A stretch of 64,000 nt of DNA from Phoronis australis (GCA_002633005.1 NMRA01000169.1:48277-112276), one strand, 5' to 3'. Counted from the first letter of the stretch, positions 51,687 through 62,650 are shown. Made by a program: numbers and translations. The notes: generated by a model not told the origin, from the sequence alone.

Positions 51687-54600
51687 TACATGTACATGCA
51701 TGCATGTATGTACATGTATGTATGTATGTGTGTATATATGCATACATGCATGAATGTATCTATGTATGTATGTATGCATGTATGTATGTATATAATATGT
51801 CACTTTTATTGATAATCATTCATTGTCTGTTTATTAAATATTATGTTTTATTTAATCATGTCTCACTTTTAGTATATTATATTTATTGTTTTTTTATTTA
51901 TTTATTTTGTTTCATGTTAGATTCTTGTTCATCAATGATCGTTTAAATCTTGTCAGTCATTTTGTATTTCTGTTTGTTTATCTTACTTATGGGGCTACCC
52001 TCATTGTAAATATTATAATAATAAATAAATAAATAAATTTTTCAATACATTTTGGAGTGCACCTCACTGACTCGAACGAAAGGCATTAGACAGACGAAAA
52101 AGTTTACGCTCATTCAGCTGTCTATAACGGGCCATAAACTTTAACATTTGGCTCCCGTAATTGCGTGATAGTAAGTTTGAAATTGAACGAACAGGTGGTC
52201 TGGTACACCATTTCTGTCCTTTATGAATACATGTTTTTAGTTAAAACTGAGCTGACGAGTGAGAAGCTAGAGACTTGACTCAAGGATCAACCAGTGTGCC
52301 CTCGTGAGATTCGACCCCACGACCTTACGTAAAGGAAGCGATCATTTATCCCACTAGGGCACACTGCCTCAATCTCTGAACGAACTTGTCTTGAAGCCAC
52401 GTTACATTGACAACTTCATTACGGGCAGGTATCGGAAATCGTGTTGAGCTCGGCCCAACTTAACCTACGATCATGAAGCCGTTTATGAATTGTGGAATCT
52501 TGTAAAACTTTCAGTTCCCGCGAGCATTAGAATTCGCAGACGGTTTGTGGAAGGGACGAGGTGTCTACTACCTTCTCTTGACGCTTGTCTGATTTCATCA
52601 CATTCTTAACAACACCTTGGCCACTTCATAACAAACTGAAGTGCTCTGTGATTGTAACTATGCGCCAGAGTGGGTGGACATTTATGTTTTGTGCGGTGTG
52701 GAAAGGCTACAATTGGCATTTGCTTGATTTTTGAGTCGGCTCTTATTGAAACATCGCCAGCCGTTTATCCCATGACCCACTTTTAGCTCAGTCTTTACTT
52801 TTCTTATACCTTTACTGCTTGCAAGCGTGAAGTTGAAATTTACATGTAGCAGGAAATTCAGACACCCTTCAGACACTTTGGATTTGTAAACACATATGAC
52901 TGATCGACACCAACGTTTCACCTGATTTCTGCAATCCGGAAAGTACTTGGCAGTTTGAATGCACTGTCTCTCATTCGTAGTAATCGCATGCAATCGGTGG
53001 CTTTGGTGTGAAAACTGATGATTTGGTGTATTTCACTCATTTTGAAGTACCTGGTTGGACGTCCGCCAGTAGCAAATGATGGAAAATTAGCTTCGGAATC
53101 AGTTTCAATAGACTTTGCGCAAGATTTTTGAAGTCTTTGGCCCAGTATACTATTAATATTTTTTAGATTTTCAACATCTTGTGAAATAGATTGTTGGAGC
53201 TGCCAAGACCTGGTTTTTCAAACCCAAAAGAATTCTACCTTGGGGTCTCTTTGCGGCATACTTTACGTATGTATGATACATTTCGGACCTTATGTACAAA
53301 TGACGGCACTCTCGTGTCGCCTCAGGATTTTTGTCTTATTGTGTCGTTATATACAAATGACTGTCTTCCACTCTCGAAAACTATGTGTTTGGCTGAGACG
53401 AAATGGAAATATTCACAGTCTCGACGAAATTCTGAAGAGCGTTTTAAGATGAAAGATGAGTTGGTTATTGAAAGGACGGAAGCTATTGATAACGAGCACA
53501 TTTGTACAGTTGTTATCAAAATAAACTGGACAGCCTTTAACAGAACTATTTCAAAGTACAAAAAACGTTTTGCCAGCCAATTGGTTCCAGGTTATCTGTG
53601 CAATGGGTCCACCCGAAAGGCCTGTGCACGTCTGCTACAACGTGTGCCAGACCGCCTGTATTTATTTTTTAATTGGAAGTTTAGTTGAACTCTTTTTTAT
53701 AATGCATCGGGGTTTTATTGAAACTTGGTCAGACTAATGTCAGTTACCAAGACGCTCAATTTCGTGAATGGCTCTTCACATCATGTCACGATTTCAACAA
53801 AGCGCAACGAGCGAGATTTCGTCGAGATTTAATCAGCATTGAAACAATTCTAGACAAAATAAATTAAACTGAACAGTTCAGCCGAGGTTTTGAGCGACGA
53901 AATTTCGCCAAGTTTCGACGTGTTACCTTGATTTTGCAAACTACTGGAAATTTAAATGTTATTATAGTTGTGTAGTTAATTGGTGTTATTTCAGTCCACA
54001 ATATAAAGTCATCTTCACAATGTCCTACATACCAAACAATAATGGCTTAGAGTTGTTACTGTTGGTCAATTGATCAGATAGCTGTTTAAAATCAAAAGGG
54101 TAAAGCATATGGATAACTCATATTACAAGTGCATTATTACGTTTACAAGCATAACGTCACCTGCTGCGTAACACTGAGAGTAGATGTGAACGCAAAACTA
54201 GCGACAGGATGCCACAAAAATCGTGGCGTGTAATATTTCTCAGTGAATTCTGATACAAACTTGGAATTTGGATGTTTAGTGGCGACGAATCTTCGACTAT
54301 TATGATGCGATTTAGGCTCAAAATAGGAACAGAAATGCAGACATTACACGTTTTCAAAAGTTTCAAATGTTTTTTATTTTTTTTTCGATTTAAGTAACCA
54401 CGGGGGAATTTAGCACTTGAACCTTATAACACATTTGTGTTTGGATTAATCGAGGGGCTCCAACAACGGTTGCACCCATCGTACGCTCCCGAGAGAAAGG
54501 AGGGGGTTAAGATTAACCGGATTCATAGCCAGGTAGTCATTTTTAAGTGCTCAATAATTTACAGCGCTACATAAATATGGCCTAGTTATTATTGTTCTTT

Positions 54601-55337
54601 TTAATTTTGTCATTTTATTTGATTTGACTGGCTATAAAACCTCAAAATGTCGACATGTCAAACACGTGAAAACGACTCAGGCTTGTGTTGTTTGCTGTAT
54701 GCTTGTTTTTCACAGTAACATCCCGTTGGGTACCCGGTGTTTATTTTTGCCGTCACCAAACGTCATCAGGTTCTGGGCGTACACGCACTTGGTGACTTCA
54801 CTGCACAGTTGCACTTTTGTATACCAATGACTCACATTGGCATGAACATAAACAGACGGAAAACGCTTCAAATCAATTTCCTTTTCCAATACTTCATAAT
54901 AGTAGTTTATTTGGTAAACACCTATAGAGGTTATAGGTACCAGACGGTCAGATGGTCAAGATCACTGACAGCTTTTGAAATGAACTTGGAGGCATATTTT
55001 ATTTAATTTATATCATACTCATCTGTCGGTAATAAGCAAAAGTGCGTGCACACATTTATCATGGTAATGTGCTATCAAAGTCAGTTCTGTTTAATTGCAA
55101 CCGAATGACAGCATCATGCCAATAAAGTGAATATTTAAGAAAATTTGAAATCTGGATGGGATCCATAGCAACAATGCAAACGATTACCTCGATGACATTT
55201 ATGAAGAAATTTGGATCTTGAGGTGGTTAGTAAAAGTGCAAATAGTTGATTAACTAAGTGCATAAGACGTAAATTGCTAAAAAAATGAAACTTACAGCCA
55301 GTGTCGCCAACGCTAGAACAATATCAAGCAACCTCAT
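29675..55337 (-). CDS. 22-exon gene for a secreted CTLD-MAM-Sushi-CUB-3xSushi-MAM-mucin-CUB mosaic protein (~1168 aa)
   Basis: All 21 introns are GT-AG with compatible phases. Exon lengths sum to 3507 nt with no internal stop. The domain motifs are recognisable exon by exon. Confidence 0.85.
30625..30841 (-). CDS. Exon 21: first half of CUB2
   Basis: [51 protein letters not shown]; AG/GT bounded. Confidence 0.9.
31206..31808 (-). CDS. Exon 20: Thr/Pro/Ser-rich mucin-like stalk
   Basis: 603 nt, phase 1-1, with ~10-aa PTT.EPST/APTT repeats; ctatttag acceptor, gtgaat donor. Confidence 0.85.
32508..32592 (-). CDS. Exon 19: end of MAM2
   Basis: [28 protein letters not shown]; cag / gtaagt. Confidence 0.85.
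32717..32952. repeat. Degenerate intronic minisatellite (~46-51 bp x5)
   Basis: Recurring c(c/t)atgaca...ctgtaccagtga units. Confidence 0.6.
33323..33465 (-). CDS. Exon 18: middle of MAM2
   Basis: [32 protein letters not shown]; cag / gtgagt. Confidence 0.85.
33864..34082 (-). CDS. Exon 17: start of divergent MAM2
   Basis: [43 protein letters not shown]; cag / gttagt. Confidence 0.8.
34600..34785 (-). CDS. Exon 16: Sushi/CCP domain 4
   Basis: [37 protein letters not shown]; phase 1-1. Confidence 0.9.
35020..35852. mobile_element. Foldback/MITE element with long imperfect inverted arms, intronic
   Basis: Left arm (atccacactc..gaattcaatgctgtttaa..tgtttcgtcaatcctagcggccta) is the reverse complement of the right arm (taggccgccaggattgacgaaaca..ttaaacagcattgaatt..gagtgtggatt). 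Confidence 0.75.
38081..38254 (-). CDS. Exon 15: Sushi/CCP domain 3
   Basis: [45 protein letters not shown]; phase 1-1. Confidence 0.92.
38769..38945 (-). CDS. Exon 14: Sushi/CCP domain 2
   Basis: [39 protein letters not shown]; phase 1-1. Confidence 0.92.
39413..39551 (-). CDS. Exon 13: second half of CUB1
   Basis: [38 protein letters not shown]; tag / gtgagc. Confidence 0.88.
40997..41181 (-). CDS. Exon 12: first half of CUB1
   Basis: [48 protein letters not shown]; cag / gtaagt. Confidence 0.92.
41660..41845 (-). CDS. Exon 11: Sushi/CCP domain 1
   Basis: [39 protein letters not shown]; phase 1-1. Confidence 0.85.
42504..42597 (-). CDS. Exon 10: end of MAM1
   Basis: [27 protein letters not shown]; cag / gtaagt. 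Confidence 0.9.
42873..43043 (-). CDS. Exon 9: MAM1
   Basis: [29 protein letters not shown]; cag / gtaagg. Confidence 0.9.
43832..43932 (-). CDS. Exon 8: MAM1
   Basis: [29 protein letters not shown]; cag / gtaagt. Confidence 0.9.
44483..44608 (-). CDS. Exon 7: start of MAM1
   Basis: [35 protein letters not shown]; aag / gtatgt. Confidence 0.9.
44884..45003 (-). CDS. Exon 6: end of C-type lectin domain
   Basis: [31 protein letters not shown]; tag / gtgagt. Confidence 0.9.
46063..46155. repeat. Intronic hairpin (~33-bp imperfect inverted repeat)
   Basis: tagaaaacggacaatctccacacaaataaaaaat / attttttatttgtgcggcgatagtccgttttcta. Confidence 0.7.
46444..46568 (-). CDS. Exon 5: C-type lectin domain core
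   Basis: [41 protein letters not shown] (WIGL motif). Confidence 0.92.
46668..46860. repeat. Compound (GCA)n/(CCA)n trinucleotide microsatellite, intronic
   Basis: Runs of gcagcagca and ccaccacca. Confidence 0.85.
46977..47098 (-). CDS. Exon 4: C-type lectin domain
   Basis: [33 protein letters not shown]; cag / gtaaga. Confidence 0.9.
47269..47424. mobile_element. Short MITE (GGCGGATCC-type TIRs)
   Basis: catgagcggatccagg ... ctaaatccgccactg. Confidence 0.65.
47821..47882 (-). CDS. Exon 3: start of long-form C-type lectin domain
   Basis: [21 protein letters not shown]; aag / gtcagt. Confidence 0.88.
49135..49284. mobile_element. Short MITE (GGCGGATCC-type) with apparent 5-bp TSD
   Basis: caggggcggatccag ... 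ttgaaccgcttatg, flanked by TCTTG at 49130-49134 and 49285-49289. Confidence 0.65.
49503..49548 (-). CDS. Exon 2: end of signal peptide plus short pro-segment
   Basis: ttccag|[16 protein letters not shown]|gtgag; phase 0-1, which bridges exons 1 and 3 exactly. Confidence 0.7.
51230..52037 (+). mobile_element. 3' end of a CR1/L2-group LINE with (TATG)n in its 3'UTR and an (AATA)n tail
   Basis: [24 protein letters not shown](K)[24 protein letters not shown] (one frameshift), a typical ORF2 C-terminus. Ends aataaataaataaataaa. Confidence 0.75.
51640..51795. repeat. (TATG)n/(TG)n microsatellite
   Basis: Long tatgtatg run. Confidence 0.95.
52230..52369 (-). mobile_element. tRNA-derived SINE head (truncated)
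   Basis: Minus strand GGCAGTGTGCCCTAGTGGGATAA..GGTCGTGGGGTCGAATCTCACGAGGGCACACTGG has A/B boxes and is followed by tccttgagtcaagtc, a SINE-body-like sequence. Confidence 0.65.
55296..55337 (-). CDS. Exon 1: signal peptide start
   Basis: [17 protein letters not shown]|gtaagt. Joined to exon 2 it gives [18 protein letters not shown], a typical signal peptide. Confidence 0.7.
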
Positions 55338-55415
55338 ATCGTTAACACCCAGGAACAACTGCTTTGAACTATCCTTTGACTTTGAACCAAGTCACGGTGT
55401 CGCGCAAGATACCTA

Positions 55416-55427
55416 CTTATCTATTTA
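55416..55427 (-). promoter_or_regulatory. Candidate core promoter (TAAATA plus adjacent GATAAG)
   Basis: Minus strand ctaaatagataag, ~85 nt upstream of ATG 55337. Confidence 0.3.
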
Positions 55428-55707
55428 GCTGGTCGAGATAATGAGATGTCTAACCCAGAACAGCTTAAAAGGGAACTGTATTTTATTCTGAATAAAGTTT
55501 AGATAATTTTCTATGAATCGTTGATTAACTTCACAAATAACTCAACAACAAAAAGTAAACTTATATTCTCTAACGAAGATCAAAAAATTACGGGCTTGGA
55601 GTGCTGCTTCTCGTGACGTATTTGGCGGGGGCAAAGTCAATGTCCTGTGTTTAGCGTACAGTCAAGTGGCGCTTTTCATATTGTCGGTATAAGAATTTTT
55701 AGTGTGA

Positions 55708-55845
55708 AATGTCGGGCCACCAGGGGATACCTGTTTGAGCCGATCGAGGCAACACAAAGTGATACCCAGTCGTCGTCATCGTCGGACGAAAATTTGTCGG
55801 TGCAACCAGTCCGTATCAACATGATTTCCACTGGTGTGACTGTGC
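55708..55845 (+). pseudogene. Fragment resembling the N-terminus of transposon-associated P2X7-C-terminal-like (Cys-rich) proteins
   Basis: GYLFEP..SSSSDE..VRIN../WCDC pattern, truncated. ttaaaagggaac at ~55465 resembles a Kolobok-type end. Confidence 0.35.
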
Positions 55846-56764
55846 CGTGGGCAGTGTGGACTCTAGCCAGCCAGTCAGCCAGCTGCCAGCCAATACTCAG
55901 CTCTGAAAACTTGAAGGGTTGGTTAGTTACTGACTATAGCTGTATGAAGACTATGGCGTACCACTGTGTTTTGAGCTCCGTTGAACCCCGAAATTTCACA
56001 CAGCCGTTCACTACCCGGGTATAGTTGACTTAGAGTTCCCACCATGCATTTTCTTTCTTTTTCAGGTTTCAGTTAGCTAAAATGAATCGAATATCATAAA
56101 ATCTTACTAAATAGGCATTTTTTATGCGAAATAGTCTCATTTTTTCTAACTTTGAAGAAAAGTTACTTATTTCTAGGTTTCCCGCCAAATGATGCAACGG
56201 GTGGAAGACGGTTGGCCGCTTGACAATGATTTACAATGTCGGAGCACTGCAGGTCAAAAGACAAAGACGATATTGGGCGAGAATTGGACAATTATTATGC
56301 AGACAAGAGAGGAGAGTGGATACGGGCATCAAACTCAAGTTCTTGAAGAATAAGACAATGAATTCGATTTCCCATATAGCGAACTTTTGTCGACTTTAAT
56401 GACGTATAAACTCGACCCACTTGCACGAGATATGCTGCAGACATGTGTGAGCCACAACTAACTCTACAAAGTGGCGGTCAATACTAAAAAAATAGACACT
56501 TGATAATTGCAGGCAAAGGCCACAGTAAAGCTGGGTTACTTGTATTCACCATTGCCATGATGGAATGAGCACAGTCTAAGCACAATATGCGTAAGCTAAC
56601 TTGTAGTAGAACTCGATCTTCCAGAGCTTTTTTGGGCATAAAAAGATAACCAATTTTGTTTGGAACCACAGTGCTCTATGGGTATCCTAATGCTTGGAAA
56701 TGGCCGTCAGGCAGGTTCGCTTTTGTGGGTGTGGTCGGGGGAGCCAAGAGAATGACACTGAAAA

Positions 56765-57250
56765 ATTGAGCTATATCAACTTTTCTGGTAACCACTTAAA
56801 ACCGCCTTGGATACCTCCTACGTAATCCACTGTATCAAAATTGGTCACTGCCAGACAATTTCAGTGGTGAGGACTATCAGCCAGACGGTTATGAACAAGG
56901 TAAAAAAATTGAGCTAGATCAATCCAAGACGTAAGCGCGTGAAACCAGTTTCAAAATATTCACCGTGAGCTCAGGTATCCCGATTGAACACTGTCAGACA
57001 AATCTAGTTGTAGGTTAGCCCCGCCAGACACGCCCAACGACCTAAGTTGAGCTAGATCAACCCAAGAGGTAACCGCATGAAACAAGTTGCAAAATATTTG
57101 CAGTAAGCCCAGGTATCAAGAATACATACTGCCAGACAAATCTAGTGGTGAGTTATCCCCGCCAGACATTCCCAAGTACCTGAATTGAGTTAAATCAACC
57201 CACCAGATAACCGTTTGAAACCAATCGTCCGATGTTCAGCATCACATGCA
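56765..57250 (+). repeat. ~138-bp tandem repeat array (left arm)
   Basis: gagctagatcaa recurs at ~56911 and ~57050; ctgccagacaa..gtggtg units. Confidence 0.85.
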
Positions 57251-57801
57251 CGGGGCACAACAGTAAGATGCCCCAATCAGACAAAAAAGAGTCGAAACAA
57301 AATTGATTATAGATGTAAGCCCATTCACAATGAATAAGCATCACATTGAGAAACCAGGCACTTCGATTTTTAAGAAAGCCACTGAGTCCGTACGACATAG
57401 GTTAAAAAATTTTTGTCTGCAAGTTTACGTCAGGGCATAAAAACCAGAAACATCGCGCCTGATGCTGCAGAGACCTCACAAGTCCATGCGAAAACAGCGG
57501 AATACTCCACATGATTCAGTATTAAACAGCACATTGTGTTTGCACGAATTTTGATTTTTCTTCGTCCTATTTTACCAGTCTAAGCTGCGTCCCTCAGTTT
57601 TCGGTCGAGTCATTTGATGCAACTGCTAAAACGAATAATAATCAAAATGCCGTCTTTTGCTGTCTTTTGCGTCATGTATGCATGCCAACTACCTTCATTT
57701 CACACAGTGATTAATGGCAAATTTGGCAAAACCGATCAGTTTTAAGCATAAACCGAGCCCACAGAGAACTCCAGAGATGCGTCAAGAACAATGACGTCAA
57801 C

Positions 57802-57999
57802 ATTTTCCCGACTATGCTAAATGTATTCTTTGCCCAGAACCGCCCAAATTACGCCAGATGGGGAACACTGTTTTACTAAAAGTTGAAATTTGCAGACCCA
57901 ATATTACGTGAAGTGCTGGAAAACGGTGCGTTCTCAGTGCTATGTACGAGGAAGAACTTCAGTAGATCGGCTGTTGACCTCTCTTTGGAACAGAGCGTG
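57802..57999 (+). pseudogene. Fragment of a large invertebrate transposase-like protein
   Basis: MLNVFFAQNRPNYARWGTLFY*..LENGAFSV..TRKNFSRSAVDLSLEQSV. The NYARW / FS..DL.LEQ motif is familiar from uncharacterised DNA-transposon proteins. Contains an internal stop. Confidence 0.5.
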
Positions 58000-59222
58000 T
58001 TTTTATGTTTGATATGGTGTTCTCCAAAAAGGCTGAAAACACCTTTGCGGCACCTGATATTGAGTGCGAACGGTCGTGTTAGATTTCGTGTAAACTATAA
58101 CGTAGATAAAGCAGTGTTCATGTTGCGAACATTTTATTCACAGTTCGTGGGTATAATGTGTCCTGATAGTTTTTCAGGTTAGTTAGATTGACAATAATTT
58201 CTTTTGCACAGGTATGCGGGCAATAGAACTGTTCGCTTTTTGTCTTTATAGTGAATATAAAACACGTTCGAATTAATTATTCATAGATTTTCTTTATGGT
58301 GCTCAGTCACCGTGGTGACGGCCCCGGGCATCCACATTTGGGAAGGGGGTTGCAGTTGAATTAAATAAAGATTCTAGTTTATGCTTCATCTTTTTACTTT
58401 TATTATTAATAGTACAGGCCTGTAGCCGTGGGGGGTTTCGGGGGTTCGATCGAACCCATCCCCCGCCCAAAACGTCCAGCCCCAGCATATTCGTTAAACA
58501 TTGGGATATGAAGAGATATCAACAACAAAATTGTTGTAGCTACTGGTGCTACTAAGTACAATGATAACTAATTAGTAATAGTTTTGAATTTGCCTCTGAT
58601 TCAAAGCATTTCACATGTCATCGGGTCGTACTCGGTAAACTTCGCCGGAGTGCCGCTGTTTGTGTAAATGACAGGATCCCTTCGTGCATATGACAAGAGG
58701 AGGCTTTATGTCATCAAAAAACCACGCGCGGGGTGGCTACAGCAAAGGGTAACAAGTGAGTCCAGATGTGAATGTTTATACCTAAGCATAAAAGTCTATC
58801 CCTACGACCTTAGTAAGCTACATGTTTTGTAAATAGCATTGAGAGAGCTCCCAAAAAATAGTGCGGTGTGAATGCCTTAAACTCGGCCAAGAAACAAAAC
58901 AGCATAAAATTGAGATTTGTTATTCTGCTATTTTGGTTTTAATTGCAAGCATAGTACGGTAGAAGTGTAGGCATTTCCAAATTTTGAATTGAAGGTGATC
59001 GTTAAAAAATATGTTGTTCATTCAGTGTCCACTTTGATTGTGGATTTGTGGATTGATATGATTGAATGCCTGTACACATTTGAACGTTTCTGTTCTTTTA
59101 AATTCAGTGCACGCTGACGGTAAGTTCATTATAGGCAGTCCTCCGTCGTGATGAAAAACCAGACATTGAACTACCGTGTTTTCTTGCACTGAGAATACAC
59201 GTTGAGCATATTCACGTTATGA

Positions 59223-59470
59223 TGGAAAAGTAGGCGTAGACCTCAACTTTGGTCAATGAAAATCTCCTCTTGTCAATCGATTTCAATTATACACAACCCT
59301 GCAGACTTCATACGAGTTACAAACTTGATGGAAAAGATTTCCAAGGTGCCATGTCACTATGACGAAGGTTCAATACCCCGAAGGTGCGATAATCCGAATG
59401 CCCATTACTCCGAAAGTTTGTTATCTTCTAAAATTCACTACTTTGAATTTCCACTATTCCAAAACCATGA
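59223..59470 (+). repeat. Dispersed repeat homologous to ~20401-20600
   Basis: Shared gaaaagtagg..cttgtcaatcg..gcagacttcatacgag..acaaacttgatggaaaagattt. Confidence 0.8.
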
Positions 59471-61559
59471 CCAGGTATATAATCTTTGTGCTCGAAACGA
59501 ACTCGAAATTATTTTTGGCAATTTCTCTGCTCCTTTTGTGCGAACTCAAGGTAAGTAGTTATCAGACTGTGCTCGAATAAGTATAGTATATGCATGTGAG
59601 TTTCTAGTCCAAGTTTGCACTTAACCCTTATATTCTTGCTACAATCTCCAGTAAAAACTCGAAATTTCGAGTTCAAACTCGAACTTTTAGCTTTAATGAT
59701 GGATTTGTCAAATGCAACTAGGAATAATAAATCACCCAAGTAAGTCATTATGTACTCGAGTATATAGAGTAATAGACACTTATCTTGAGTTCGCACTTAA
59801 GTAGAGTGAAAAAACCAAACTTAATTTCGAATTCGGATTGAGTAAAAAGATTCGAGAATGGGCCCAGATCTCCGACAGTTCACTACTCTGATTGTGTGAT
59901 CACGACTCATTCTCAAATTCTGGTGTAAGGAAACACTATTCCGTCATCATGGTAATAGTTACATGTATGTCCACTTTCATATCATGGAAACTGTTGCTGT
60001 TGAATGGTGTAAGTAATGCTAAATGTATTGTGCATTTTAAGTTACTTATATGTTAAAAGTTTGAATCATTTTGGGTTAATGAATAAAAAATGATAAAATT
60101 TAGTATTGGGCTTGTCATACTCATGTGCTCGAACGAGCCCCCCTATTTGGAGAACTGGAAAAAGGTCTGCCTCACGGATCGAGAAGCACGAATTCCGAAC
60201 AATAGTAGAAAATGAGACAATATTCCACTAGAAGACAGGAAGTACCAAAATTTAGCGTCTGCAATTCATAGCTCTGAACATACCAAGTGAATCTTATAGT
60301 AAAAGATAGACATTCCCAAAAATTCCAGCCCCCTTTCTTTTAGGCTTGGTGCGCTCATACAAAGTCTGGGCAAATCTCTATTGAAAGCCAACAACTTTGT
60401 ACAGTTCGCCAGAAGTAACCAAGTTCTAAATAAACCTCGTTTGAGCGAGCGCTGTGGCCCACGACCAGTTAGGTATAAGGGTAGCCTTGGCGGAATGCTG
60501 TATAGGCCTACTAACAAGCTGTATTTTGACGATAGTCTTCACTGGTAGCTGGCACTGAGTCTAGCTAAGGTCTGCCGCGGCAGTGTGACACAGGACTAAC
60601 CAGCCCGTAATTTCATGCAAGTGTCTGAAACTACCTTTGAATATATGCGGCATTTATGATTTGAACATTTTACCTAGACAAAACAGCTTGCAACCGCATG
60701 CATTTATCGTTCGCCAGTGCCTGGTCTCGATCCGCACCGGGTCCGATAGGCTGCGGTCCCGATTCTGGAAAATAATTTCTGTCAAACTTTATTCGCCACA
60801 TTTCTTTAGCAAATTCGATGAAGTTGTCCGTATTTTGATTTTATTAAAATTAAGGCGCGATTATTTTATTCCCGTTTGCAGGCTGGTAACAGGCACTGCT
60901 CCGGTCGCACTGAAGTCGTTTTCTCGGCCTGGGTTCCTGAATGAATTGTACTTCCGGGTTCGCGGCAAGTTCAAAATGGCGGTTGTTCTTCGGGTGCGAA
61001 TCGTGAGTGGTGCGTTCATTTAAACTTTTTTCGAGTACGGATTGTGTATTAGTTATGGGGTAGGTACTTCTTGGATCCTTATAACATCCTGTAATCTTGT
61101 AACAAGGGTTAACAACGCGTGCGACCAGGTCTTTAGGTAACACGCTAAAATACAACCAGATAAACAATTTTGTTGTCATTCACCGACTAAACTTCATATT
61201 TCCGTTTGAGTATGCAATGAGGTGTAATCACTCATTTAAGCATGTCTGATTTGAAACTGTGTCAGGTGATAATGCGAGAATGTTCTCTTCCCCCTAATTA
61301 AGCTGAGTCACAGGCCTTACCAAAATTTCTACAGTGTCGACGTTTGCCAAATACCAAAGGTCCACCGTTCTTGAAATTCGAACCACCCCCGCTCAATGCT
61401 GGCTACGGGCCCGAATAGGATATATGCATTTGAGTACAGAGATAGGGGCGTCTAATATAAAGTCTCCCCTGCATCGACCAAACCTCTACATGCTTCTTCC
61501 CCACCGCTAAAAATGTCTGTGAAATACCTTTTGCAGCATACAGAATGTTGCTTGACATT

Positions 61560-62349
61560 ATGCAAATGGTTTCAAACGGTTTACTGGCGGGTAAATCTGG
61601 TCGAACTCAGATATTTGATCGTGTGTGGCGGGGCTAATCCACACCTAGACTTATCTCGCAGTGTTTATTCATGATACATGGGCTTACGTAGAGTATTTTT
61701 CAACTGGTTCCATGCGGTTACCTCTTGGGTTGATTTACTTCAAATTTCAGACCTTCTTTAGTCGTCTGGCAGCGGCACCCCACCACTGAAATTGTCTGGC
61801 ATCTTACTGTTGTACGATGTACAGTGAAGCTGAGCATCGTGCAGTTGATTTTTAAGCGGTTACCTTGTGGGTTGATCTAGCTCAACTCAGGTATTTGGAC
61901 GTGTCTGGCGGGGCTAACCCACCACTAGATTTGTCTGGTAGTGTTTATTCGTGATACCTGGGCTTACGGTGAACATTATGGAACTTGTTTTGGGTTGATC
62001 AAGCTCAATTTTTTACCCTTTTTGATAATCGTCTGGCAGGGGCACCCCACCACTGAAATTGTTTGGCATCTAGCAGCTGTACCATGTACAGTGATGCTGA
62101 ACATCGTGCAATTGGTTTCAAACGGTTACCTGGTGGGTTGATCTACCTCAACTCGGGTACTTGGGGGTGTCTGGCTGGGCTGACCCACCACTAAATTTGT
62201 CTGGCAGTGTTCATTCGGGATACCTGGGCCCAAGGTGAATATTTTGCAACTGGTTTCACGCGGTTACCTCTTGGATTGATATAGCTCAATTTTTTACCTT
62301 GTTTATAACCGTCTGGCTGATACTCCCCACCATTGAAATTGTCTGGCAG
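61560..62349 (-). repeat. ~138-bp tandem repeat array (right arm, inverted relative to 56765-57250)
   Basis: ttgatctagctcaa and caccactagatttgtctggc units are reverse complements of the left array. Confidence 0.85.
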
Positions 62350-62499
62350 CATAGACTATAGTACATGGACCGCCAACTCCGTATACTTTCAATGGACGAA
62401 ATCTGTTATCTTACGCATAAGCCCTTACGTCATAATTCACTGGCGACACCTGGTTAAATTTTCTGGTGCAATTTCCGGCAAGTACGTCGTCTGTTAATC

Positions 62500-62650
62500 A
62501 TGGTCGGCTACTGTGTGGCCGAAGACCCCATAATGGGTTGTGGGAAGAAAAGCTTACTTCTTGTGTCAACGTGAATGGCAGTTGTTTCAGCAATAAGACT
62601 TTATACATTTGTTCAAGGCACTTCGAAGATGAATGTTTTTAAGAGACTCT
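62500..62650 (+). pseudogene. Decayed THAP zinc-finger fragment (DNA-transposon derived)
   Basis: MVGYCVA.. then, frameshifted, KTLYICSRHFEDECF (CSxHF THAP motif). Confidence 0.55.

Noticed and set aside
51548-51946. Cys/Met/Tyr/Val- and His/Thr-rich ORFs
   Set aside because: Translation of the (TATG)n microsatellite.
52291-52369. Functional tRNA gene
   Set aside because: The anticodon arm does not form a proper stem-loop, and the sequence continues into SINE-like body sequence.
52682-53688. 103-aa and 165-aa ORFs in intron 1, possible nested gene
   Set aside because: Non-ATG starts, no recognisable domain and no clear exon chain.
56765-62349. CRISPR-like appearance of regularly spaced repeats
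   Set aside because: Whole units are homologous with no unique spacers, there are no cas genes, and the context is eukaryotic.
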